Shown one piece after another: positions 1 to 10,087 of a stretch of DNA of 53,787 bases. Below the pieces are notes generated by a model. The model did no database searches and was not told where the DNA came from. It was given only the letters and a program-made list of their open reading frames with translations. The position numbers and the translations under genes are program-made. Numbering within the stretch: position 1 is the stretch's first letter; every line of letters starts with the position of its first letter. Source of the DNA: Spirogloea muscicola (Eukaryota); assembly GCA_009602725.1 (NCBI GenBank), contig WELB01000013.1, positions 1,279,116 to 1,332,902 of the forward strand, in the 5' to 3' direction.

Positions 1-102
1 GGGCGGGCGGCGCGGGCGTCAGCGCCGGGCTGGCGGAGCGCGGCGGCGCGGCGGCGCTGGCTGGGCCACCATGGCAGGGTCGCCCAGCGGGCCCCGGACC
101 CG

Positions 103-112
103 AAACCCTAAA
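103..112 (+). promoter_or_regulatory. Telo-box-like motif (AAACCCTAAA) in a GC-rich, promoter-like segment
   Basis: Exact AAACCCTA match next to the very GC-rich window start. Function is inferred only. Confidence 0.3.
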
Positions 113-499
113 TCTGCCGGGCCCGACTGGCCGCAATCCTCAAGCCCCTCCCCGGCTTCAGGACATGTGCTTGCCTTTGTACTTGGCCACTTGGGCCTTC
201 GTTAGTTCCCAAGTCACGGAAAGTCCCTCCAGGCCTCGGGGATATTTAGTGTCCCCCCTTGGCCAGCTCAGTACCCAGTTAACAGGACACTTGCAAGGCT
301 AGAATTGGCCTCCCTTTCAATTTCATGCGCACCGCGCGCCTTCTCTCCAGGCCATGGACGCCCCGCCCGCCCGCCGGCGCCCCCGCCTGCGGCAGCATTG
401 ATCAACACCAGAGCTACTGGCAGGCATCGATGAAACTGGCTTCACGCCTGGCTTTTAGGAAGTGCGAAATTGTAAGGTCACCAGGTGACATGTCTGCCT

Positions 500-785
500 T
501 CTTGCCTTCTGGCCAGGGGACCCGCTTCCAGGAACCCAGTCTCTCTGACCTGAGGCTGCTTAGCAGGGGTTACTGAGTGCTTCTTCCAAGGGAAAGTCCG
601 TCACTGGTGTGCCACCGGAGTCCCTTGATCCCTGATACTCGAATCTCATGCTGCAGAGAGACATGTTTGTAGCTTACACTGGTACTGCCTTGACAACTTA
701 CACTTTCTCTGGCCCCTTCGAAATTCGTTCATTCTTAGTTTCTGGGCTGGCCACTCACAGCCATCGCCCTCTCCTGGACGCGTCT
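500..785 (+). mobile_element. 3' fragment of CRE-like non-LTR retrotransposon (ORF end plus 3' UTR motif)
   Basis: Encodes SGQGTRFQEPSLSDLRLLSRGY*, near-identical to the copies at 31885-31960 and 51683-51760. The shared 3' motif follows at about 708-780. Confidence 0.75.
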
Positions 786-1459
786 TTCACCTTCGCACTT
801 TGTTCCCTTCCATGACAGCACTGTCAAGGTAGCACACCAGCACACCGCGGCAACTTTTGTGTAACTCCTGTAATTGCAGAGAAGGTAAGAAGGCTACAAT
901 ATCTTTCTTCCTCGTATATAGGTAGACAGACAACGCATGACCAGTGTCTTACAGAAGGTGTCTTGAAGTCAGCAATAGGTGGAAGAGGCACACGACGACA
1001 TCTCCACCTACCATTGGCAGCTCTGCCCTGTACAGCGAGCCACGATGGTGTTGAAGAACACACGCTATCTGCAACTTTCAACATCCACATTGCTGTTGCA
1101 GTGTTGCTTATGCAGTCAAAGGAGAGCTACATAAGAGTAACCCACGTACCATTGGCAGGTGCGCCCTGTGGATTGACCCATGATGTCCAAGTCGACGGTG
1201 AAGGACAACCCCTACTTGCAGTTCACAAATGTCTTCACTGCTGTTGCAGTATGTTTTAGAGAATTTACCGACCCTTGATGCTCCATCCCTCTTTTCAAAC
1301 GCGAGCAGGCACTGGGCTCCGTACTGAAGCTGCCTTGCTACCGTCTTAGCACTTAGTACCTTGCTTTCTGCGCCATCCGGCTCCTTCAGACCTTGTCCAT
1401 TCCTTTGGGCTGGCCTCTCACAGCCACCAGTCAATTGGGCCGCGCTTTCTTTTTCGGTG

Positions 1460-2271
1460 CCAGCGCAGGAGTGAGGCTCTTGATGAACAAATGCCGTTCG
1501 CCTTGACCAGCATACTCCTGCATGCATGGTCCTGGAACCAATCTTCTCCAGGTTCCATCGAGTCGGGCCAGTGAACTCCGTGGAGGTGTAGCGGAGCACA
1601 ATGTTTGCCAAAAACACCTGTTGGGAGCAATTTTGAGGATGAGTCAGCTGTAGAACTGACACGTTCTACAGCTGACGCCTTGGCTCGCCACAAGGACCTG
1701 GCTGCAAATCTCCAGCAACATGTCGTGGCTTGAGAATGCAAGCAGGCATGACTTAGGACATGTCTGAGTCGCTTAGCAGGTAGAAAAGAAGAGACTGTCG
1801 TGCAATGGGTCGCTGGAAGTGCGTGCCAGTATCAGCACTGCAGCGTCGGGGATAGCAGGGGGCCACGCATGGAGAGTCGAGATAGTGGTAACTTGATTGG
1901 GTTGCAGGTAGCGGACCTCAGAGATGGCTGTGTGGGCACGAGCAGGTGGCGTGCGGAGGGTAGGGAACTGCCAGGCTGGCGAGGACGTGAGCAGCAGCGA
2001 GGGCCACAGGTGCACAGCGCAGCCTCATGCAATGCAGAAGGAGAGCGGTCAAGGGGCGCCGCACAGGTGGCACTGCTGCAGACTAGGGAGCTCGGTGTCA
2101 CAAGTCCACTGCCATCAGTGGTAGCTGGGCTTTCGGCAGCTGGGCTTTCCGCAACGTGCACACGGGCAGCGGCGGAGGCAGCCGGCCGCGGCGCTAGCTG
2201 CAGGGCAGGGCGGGTCTGCCCGAGGTTGGCTGGGCCCGTGCGCGGGCCGAGCCGCGGTGCAGCGAGGCCAT
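1460..2271 (-). pseudogene. Decayed paralog of the CYP74 gene (last-exon and first-exon remnants; middle deleted)
   Basis: 1460-1617 aligns with the last exon of the intact gene (VFLANIVLRYTSTEFTGPTRWNLEK vs VFLANFVLRYSFMELTGPTGWNLEK) but has a 1-nt frameshift (accaatc vs accatc on +). The ATG context gcgaggccatggcgg at 2269-2271 matches the intact start at 14203-14205 (MASL) and is followed by an early stop. Confidence 0.8.
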
Positions 2272-2499
2272 GGCGGCCGGGGCCGGGGGTCAGGCGCCCG
2301 GGCAGGGTGGTGCGGACGGCCTTCGGGGGGCCAGCGCGAGGCAGCTGCACCGGGGAAGCTGCACCGGGAGCAGCAGCAAGCAGCTCGGCGTCGGGGGTAA
2401 GGGGAGCAAGCGAGTGATGGATGACGAGAGGGGGCAGTAAGGAGGTGGAGGAGAGGCAGGTCTTCCAGGAGGGGGCGATGATTGTGAGAGGACAGGTCA

Positions 2500-2830
2500 T
2501 CCGGGAAGAAGTGGCTCTCCCAATGGGGGCAAGGGCTGTGAGAAGCCAGCCCGAAAAGAATTGACAAGGTTCGAAGGGGCCAAACTACGAGCTAAGCAGC
2601 GACTGCGGGGCCTCCGGGAAGGCAAAAGGCAAGCGCGGCTACGGAAGCGGGCACCCTGTTCCCGGCGCCGCTGGTCAGCTTGAGATGCCAGCAGCAATGA
2701 TAACGAGGACCACCGACCCCCGCAACACCCATGGATGTCCATGGCCAGGGGGTAAAAGGTATCACCCGCCGGGTGGTCCTCCGCTGAGGACAGGAACAGC
2801 TCGTCTCACTGAAGGCAGTGGCTGTGACAA
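2500..2830 (-). mobile_element. Short TSD-flanked retro-copy nested in an older CRE-like fragment
   Basis: Direct repeat TCCGGGAAG at 2500-2508 and 2613-2621 flanks a young 3' end. The adjacent degenerate RLE remnant reads DHPAGDTFYPLAMDIHGCCGGRW. Confidence 0.7.
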
Positions 2831-3462
2831 AAGAAGAACAGCGCGTCCAAACTGACTGGTGGCTGTGACAAAGCTGGCCGGTAGCGTACAGCGGGGGGGG
2901 GAGGCTAGTTGGGGGGCGCAAGGGGGAGCTGCGGGTCGGCGCGAGAGATGCGTGTCGGCAGGCATCGGGCGAGGCCCAAATCGCGGGGGCTCCTCTGCGG
3001 GGCCCGCGTAGGCGGGGGAGTGCCAAGCTCCCGTGTCTCCGGGCCCCCGTTACTCGCTCTGTCAGCATCAGCAGCAGCTTCTCTTCGCCAGCTGCGCTCC
3101 TAGCTTGCGCGCCCTCTGGGCCCGAGCTTGGGCTCCGCCAGCTCCACCCTGCGCCCTGCGCGCCCTCCTGCTCGCCGTCCCACTCCACATGATCAGCCGC
3201 TTTCAAGGGCCCCGTTTCGGAAGCGCAGCGCCAGGGCCCCCCCGCCTTGCCTTGCCTGCCACTCGCCGCCGCCGCCGCCGCCACCGCCGCCGCCACGGGC
3301 GCCACCGTCACAGCGGCTCTCCTCCGCCGCCGCCGCGCTCGCCCGNACCTGCATGCTGCTCCACCAAGCATGCCGCCTCGCCTCGCCTCTCTTGGGGCCT
3401 CCAAATCGCCTGCAGCCTCTTGCAGCCTGCATGACGCACGAGCGCGGCCACCGGCGCGCAGC

Positions 3463-4046
3463 ATGGCTCACCACGCCACCATCGCCGGACACCCTGACGC
3501 CCTCTCTCACCCTCGTGCTCCTTCCACGACGCGGTGCCATGCGGGCATGGCCAGCCCGGCGGCAGCCCGACGCAGCAGGCCCGTGCGCATCCTCGTCGTC
3601 CATAATGTCGTGTAAATGAAGAAGGTTGCTCTGCCGACGGCCAAGATGTCCGTCAAGGGCGGCACCAAATTCGACGTTGTCGATATTGAGAAGGGTCCAT
3701 ACGCCAGTGCCGGGCTGCCCGGGGACGCCCAGGTCTGTTGGCCTTTCGTGCACATGTGGGCAATGCTCGGCCACCTGCACAGTCCCTTGCTGTGCATGCT
3801 GCTTGTCCAGGCAGATGTCTAGTGGGCCACTTGCCAGGCAGAAGTGGGGTTGCGATAGGATTAGAGTCGATGCTCAGATGGATCTGGAGACAGGAGAAAG
3901 GAGAGCACAGAGGAGCACGGGGCCCGCAGTTCGCGAGTCAATCTCTTACCATACACTATTCGCAGCTGCAGATTCGCATCACCGGCCGTATGATGTCCCG
4001 TCAGACTGGCTTCGCTTGAAGGGCCCCTTTGACCCCGACAACGTCT
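3463..4046 (+). pseudogene. Truncated lipoxygenase paralog (5' exons only)
   Basis: KKVALPTAKMSVKGGTKFDVVDIEKGPYASAGLPGDAQ matches the intact LOX EKVALPKARVPVKGGVKTEVLEIQTGPYANAGLPRDAQ, with the same intron position. There is an in-frame TAA at 3613-3615, and the next exon (SDWLRLKGPFDPD) is frameshifted and then truncated. Confidence 0.85.
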
Positions 4047-4299
4047 TTGGAAGAGCTGCTTCTTCGGGCCGTAGCTCTCACAGATCGCAGCCTCGAAGTT
4101 CCCTCGGGGACAGTCGGGACGAGTCGCCCGGGTTGCTATGTTGCTGGGTATGAACGGTGGTTGGTAATTGCTGGACCAGGGTCAGGTTACGAAGGGACTT
4201 CATGACCCCACAGGCCCTACGCTTGCCTGCTCCCCGGCACGCCGACCAGCTTCAAGGGCAAGGCCCGACTCAGCACATTTGGCCAAGTCCTGGCTGACT

Positions 4300-5210
4300 T
4301 CAACGAGCCTTTCAGGCGTTAACTGTGCAGCTGCAGGCAGGCCGCGCCTGGAATGCAGCCTCTGAGTTTTGCATGGCAATTGCTTCCCTGCTGCCATTCA
4401 CTCTGACTTGCGGTTGCTGAGTTGGGGTACTGAGTTGCTCTCTGTAGCGGCCACTCGCTTCTGCCCATGGGTTGTCTTTTCTTTTCGAGGCTTCCTTGCA
4501 GTCGCTTGTCCACTCTTCTGGGTTGGCCACTCCCAGCTGCCGCTTTCAGAGGATGAGCACTTTCTCTCCAAGAACGAACTTCCAACAAATGATTGGCGAT
4601 AGAGTATGTGGCAAGGGCGATGGACTTGCACGGGGAGTTCGGCAGTTGGTAGAAGGACCTTATGCAGCGGCTTGCACGGCGAGCCATCGATCATCGGCAG
4701 GGACAGCAAGGTGAGCTGCCCGGCTTCACCACCGCCGGGTCGCTTGCCCAGGTGTTCCGCATGCGGCTATCCATATTCTTCCAACGGTCTCAGGCTCACG
4801 CAGTGCACTTGCAGGCAGGCCGCGCTATAGCTGCCGCTTCTGGGACTCGTTGGGGTCTTCTTTTCCAGCTGCAAGTTACTCCGACTTCCGGCTGCTGACT
4901 CGAGGTTAGTACGCTCCCGTTCGCCGTAGTCTCTTGCATAGCTGCGTGGATTTGGCGCCTTTCGGCCCTTTGGACCTTGTCCATTCTTTCTGGGCTAGCC
5001 ATTCACAAACCCCGCCCTCTTTGGAAGAAGAAGAAGAAGTGGCTCTCCCAATGGGGGCAAGGGCTGTGAGAAGCCAGCCCGAAAAGAATTGACAAGGTTC
5101 GAAGGGGCCAAACTACGAGCTAAGCAGCGACTGCGGGGCCTGAAGAGGCTATGGCAGAACGGGGGAGGATGGACCACTTAGTAGTTACGTTCTTTGGAAG
5201 AGCCCACTTC
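4300..5210 (+). mobile_element. Cluster of degenerate CRE-like fragments with a young opposite-strand insertion at about 5029-5190
   Basis: Encodes AGSLAQVFRMRLSIFFQRSQAHAVHLQAGRAIAAASG. The insertion has a (GAA)n tail on + and is flanked by TCTTTGGAAGA at 5018-5028 and 5191-5201. Confidence 0.75.
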
Positions 5211-5584
5211 TTGATGGGAACGTCACATTGTCGCCGTCTCTCGTGCCAGCTCCACGGCGAACCTGCCACGGTTGCACTTTGTGCATTCGTTCGCGCGCGC
5301 CTGGTGAGGTAGCTGAATTTATAAGCATCCGCCAAGTCATCTTTACCACTAGCGTGGAGATTTGACCTTTCTACGTTGTTGCAACTGTTGTGTTTGTGAG
5401 ACAGCAGCCAGCGGAGGGTACCGCCGTGAATTGCGGAGCTGGTGGTGGCGGCTACATGGTGACTGCTCTGAGAACCCGAGCTCGAGTTTTCAAGAGTCAA
5501 GTGACACGATGATTGACATTGCTGAAGGGGGCAGCGCCGCTGATGCTGGCGGCTGGCCCTCTCTAGACGAAACTCTGCGTATCC

Positions 5585-5760
5585 AAGGGAGCGAGGGCTG
5601 TGAAAGTCGGCCCGAAAATAGTGGACAAGGTCCGAAGGGGCCGGAAGAAGGCGCTGAGAGCGCTCAGAGAAGAAAGGCTCCCCTAGTGGAGGGCGATGGC
5701 TGTGGTTGGCCAGCCCATAGAAAGAATGGCCCAGATTCGAAGGGGCCAGAGAAGCGCTGA
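5585..5760 (-). repeat. Two diverged copies of the retroelement 3' motif
   Basis: Resemble the reverse complement of GGCCCCTTCGAACCTTGTCAATTCTTTTCGGGCTGGCTTCTCACAGCCC. Confidence 0.6.
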
Positions 5761-6418
5761 AGCCCACGGCCACTCAAGTGGCCAACAATACCCAAAGTCC
5801 CCGTCTCAGAGCTCCCCGGCGGGCCCGGCGCCGGAACAGCGCAGGCTCGAGGCACGCCGTGCGAGCAGCAGTGCCGTGGTGGAGGGGCGGCAGCTCGTGG
5901 CGGGTGGGCTCCGCGGGGGGCAAGAGGCCGCCGCAGCAAGTGGGCGGGCCCAGCAAGGAAGGCACCGCGAGGCAGGAGCAGCGCGTGCGGGCAGCACGTC
6001 GGCGGCGAGGCGGGCCCGCGGGGCGGCGCCCCCCACCCGGGGCCGCGNNNNNNNNNNNNNNNNNNNNNNNNNNNNNNNNNNNNNNNNNNNNNNNNNNNNN
6101 NNNNNNNNNNNNNNNNNNNNNNNNNNNNNNNNNNNNNNNNNNNNNNNNNNNNNNNNNNNNNNNNNNNNNNNNNNNNNNNNNNNNNNNNNGCCCCCGCCGC
6201 GCCTCGCCGCGCCCTGGTGCGCTCCCCCCGCCCTGCCGCGTCGCGCGCGCCCCGAGCAGGCACCCGCATTCCCGCCGCTGCGCATGTGGCTGCTGCTGCC
6301 GCCTCCTCACGCTGCCCATGCCCTCCGCCGCTCTGCCGCCCGACACAGCCGCCGCAAGACCGCCCCTGCTGTGTCCAGACTCTCCTTTCCCCCGCTTAGC
6401 CCGACGGGCTGTGGTGCA

Positions 6419-8838
6419 ATGGCAGCAGCTTCGATGGTGCACGGCTCTAATGCCGCGCCGACTTGCCCACCGAACTCCCGTGTAGCTCGCGAGCGCGGCA
6501 CCCAGGCTGGCCGTGCGCCCAGCTGGCGGCATTGATGGCTTCAGATGCGCCTCTTCTCGCCTCCTGCCTGCTGCAGCTTCGACCAAGAGGTACTGCCAGC
6601 AGTCCTGGGCACGCTGGCCACGCAGCTCCCTCTTGAGCTGCCGAAACCAGGGCTTCCAAGACGTGTGGACTCTCACGTGCCCAGACCATTGTTTGCCACA
6701 TTGCGTGGTGGCAGTTCACGCCATGGCTGCAGAGCCGCCCGGACGGTGTCCGTGAGGGCGATAGCCGACACAGATGAGGTTTGTCGAACGGCGAGGCTTG
6801 AGCTCAGGTAGTTGCGCAGCATGTGGCGCAACTGGATCGAGCTTACTGGGCCGGCCAGGCCGTTCGCCTTCTGCACGAATGTTCTTCTCGTCCGTAGCCG
6901 CCTGGTCTTCCATCCGCTCTCTAGACGACCGACGCCTGTGCTGACAGTACAGTCAGGCTCCTCGCCTGCACAGCAGCGGCAGGTTCGAGGAGTGTCCAGA
7001 ACCGACGAGGGTGGCGCCAAAGGCCTCAACTGGCTGGCGCCACTTTTCGTCCCCCTGGCCCTCTTTGCGACTTACGTCACGCCACTCATGACACCGTACT
7101 TCAAGCAGCTCATTGCCGAGTGAGCACTGTGCCGCCCTTGATCGCACGGTAGTCAGCGAACGAGGGAACGCTGCAGCCCAGCTGTCCTGTCCGAATCTGC
7201 TGCAGACAGTGTGGTCGCAGCCGCCTCTCGTGTCCAGATTCTATCCTCAGTAGCAAGGCCGCAGGCTTGAGAGCCGGCTGCGCTGTGAGGATGTCACAGC
7301 GCTCCCAACCAGCCGGAGTACCTCCACATCCCTGGCGTGGACAAGTTGCTGCAGATCCTGACACCATTCTTTGCGTGCGTCTCTTCCTCCAACTCAAGAC
7401 TTTACACTGTGCGTCGCATGTGCTTCTACTAGAGCTTGTGCTGGTATGTAGGTTTGGACCTACTAAACTTTGGGCACACTTGTTTCAGTGAGCAATTTGG
7501 CTGAGCACACCACCTGAAGAGCCTCCATGTGCCTGAGGCTTGGCAGGAACTTTCGCGTGGAGCAGTGTGGTACCCTCGCCCTTGGCTATTTCCTCTCATA
7601 CCTCTTCGCCTGGTCAATCACAGCTGCCGTCGAGTCGTGCCGCTCGGATAGGTGAGTATCGACTCATGGGGCCCTGCAGTCGACTGCAATTCACAGAAGG
7701 CTTGTGTAGTGGGATGTAGGAGTCAACCGTTATCATTGGCCCTATCAATCACCACAATCTATCATTGTGGGCTGTGGTTGTGTGCAGCAAGGGTCACAAG
7801 ACCCTCCAGTGGGGCCCGACCCTCATCCCACTGTGCATTGTCGTTGGCACTTACCTCATCATCCCCGCACTGTGGCTCACTGCCTACCTTCGCAACGACT
7901 CGGTCTGTCAAGCACGCCCTCGCAGCACTGATAGATGGAGCTGTGGGCAACTATGTTGGGAAGCTAGGCAGGTCAATATGGCCTCTCTGAAGCTGCAGGA
8001 GTTCCTCGCACGAGTTGAGTTGTTCGTGCTGCGCTGCAGGACAATCCCACTGCAGCATGGGTGGAGGAGAAGAAAAAACTGCCCGCCGCAAAAGTTGCAG
8101 CTGCAACTGCTGTGCTCTTTGTGGGCTTCTTGCCACTCCTTGGCACAATGTTCACCAGTGGCCATGACCTAGCCGTCTGCGCAATTGCCATTTTTACGAC
8201 ACCCTTCATCTGGCCTGTGAGCTCCACGAGCACCTCCTTGTCTTTCCCTGCTTGGAATGTCCACCGATGCGGGCATGCCATCGCTGACACTCGCCCTGCC
8301 CTGAGGCTATGCTCACCAGCTCTTCTACTCGCGCCTGACAACGCCTTCGGACCGTGACGGGCCTGCTGGTCATAAAGCTGCTGTGGCAGCTCACCTCCTT
8401 GCAGCAGGGGCATGCTTGGCCTTTCAGGTAACCCGCTCGGCCTGCTCGCATGTTGTGTCGTTCATGTCTTCCCTTCGTTACTTCAGACAACCCTCTGGCG
8501 CGTCCTGATGCCCTTACTGTGTTGGTGTCGGGTGGAAGGCCGTGGCGGCGATCCAGCTGGTACAGCACCCAGATCTGCTGCAGCAGACACTTTCACTATT
8601 CGGTAACCACGAGGGGGCTCTCCATTCGCCGCTCTTCCTCGTCGCCACGCTCCCAGTCCTGGCAGCTAGCTTCCTCTTCGTGCCCTTCTATCAGGAGGGC
8701 TGGTCGACCACCGCGATATACTTTCTCGCGTCTGTGATGCTCGGACCTGGCACGGTGCACTCACTGTACTTTGCTTACCGGGAGAACAAGTACTTGTCCC
8801 TCTCCACCCAGACAAGCAGCCTGACCAAGGCTGAGTAG
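6419..8838 (+). CDS. Multi-exon polytopic membrane protein with a probable plastid transit peptide; resembles the fungal CtvD/AurD/AtmA-like family
   Basis: Phase-consistent GT-AG exons give ...RAARTVSVRAIADTDE|SGSS...GLNWLAPLFVPLALFATYVTPLMTPYFKQLIAE|QCG...RAGCA|ILTPFFA|NFRVEQCGTLALGYFLSYLFAWSITAAVESCRSDS|KGHKTLQWGPTLIPLCIVVGTYLIIPALWLTAYLRNDS|DNPT...FIWP|LFYSR...LAFQ|AVAAIQLV...SVMLGPGTVHSLYFAYRENKY...*. There are several hydrophobic helices. The start exon is uncertain, and the family call rests on remembered motifs. Confidence 0.7.
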
Positions 8839-10087
8839 TCCCTTGATGAGAAACTCATCTGTACATAGAGTTCACATCGTCGAGCTCATCAGAGGACTCA
8901 CGAGAGATTTGGCTCAGTAGTAGACAGGGTCAAGCTGCCATGCACGAAGCTTGACAGCTGCATGGGCAGCAGACACTTTGTGTTGTGCTCTATGTGTAGG
9001 CTGAGCCAGTGCTAGGTCTGAGCGAGAAGTCATGACGACCTGTCAACATGCAGCTTCACATCTTGATTGCTAGATTTCACATTTTTTGCCACAATATATC
9101 TTTTGCCACAGTATAAGATTAAGATGAGGATGTGGGCTGCACATCCACCCTTACCCTGGCATGGGAGTGCAAAGCTGTTGCTATTGCGCAGCTTTTCCAA
9201 ACACTTGTTTTGATTAAATGCGTGAAGTGGATCCTCAGTATCCTTGTTACCTTTTGACGGGGAAATGTCTTTTAACGGAGAATATGTATCGAGCGTGTAT
9301 GATGTGCACAACATATTGAAATCTATATCGAGCCATCAACTTAGAATGTACCACTGGTGCATGCATTTTGTTGCCAACACATTCCTTTGTTATATTCAAC
9401 TCTTCATAAATGGCAGCATTCCTGTGATGAGTATTCCGAATGTAGAGGTCTGCAGCACTCAGAAGTCATTTTGCAGTCATATAACATGAATACTGGCTTG
9501 CTAAATGTCAGCTCTTGGACGATGACCTGCTTGAAAAGTCTCAATACTTTTCCGCTGATGGCTTGTATTATGCTATCAATGAATCTAAATCTGAATTCTC
9601 CTTTCAGCTAGCCATTCGTTTTCTCAAGGTCAGTTTGTCACTGTGTGCCACTTCCAGCTACTGATGATTACCTTACATTCTCTTCCTTCTGACAGAGACA
9701 AAGGGGAGGGGGGCCGCGGAACATGTGGCTGCAACAATGGTGGACAGGTGGACAGCTACCTTGACTTCCATCATTTGCCACTGGTCCTCAAAGCTTGTGA
9801 ATACAGCAGGCACGGATGTTCTATATTTTCGCCTCATTATCGAGTGTGATGTAGATCTTTCACAAGCCAGAAGCTACAATTGCAGGTAACGCATGCTTTT
9901 CAATTTCTATGTTCCCTATAATTGGCGGATCAAATACGCCGTGCTCTTAGTTCTACAAGCATGTATGCTCGAGCATATATGCCTCATAAGCATGGTGACA
10001 CAGGTGTTAATATGCGGCGATATATACAATCGTCTTTGCTACAAAGTTCCCTTGGCAGGAGCCTGGAGCTCCGACTCGGAGGTTAAT

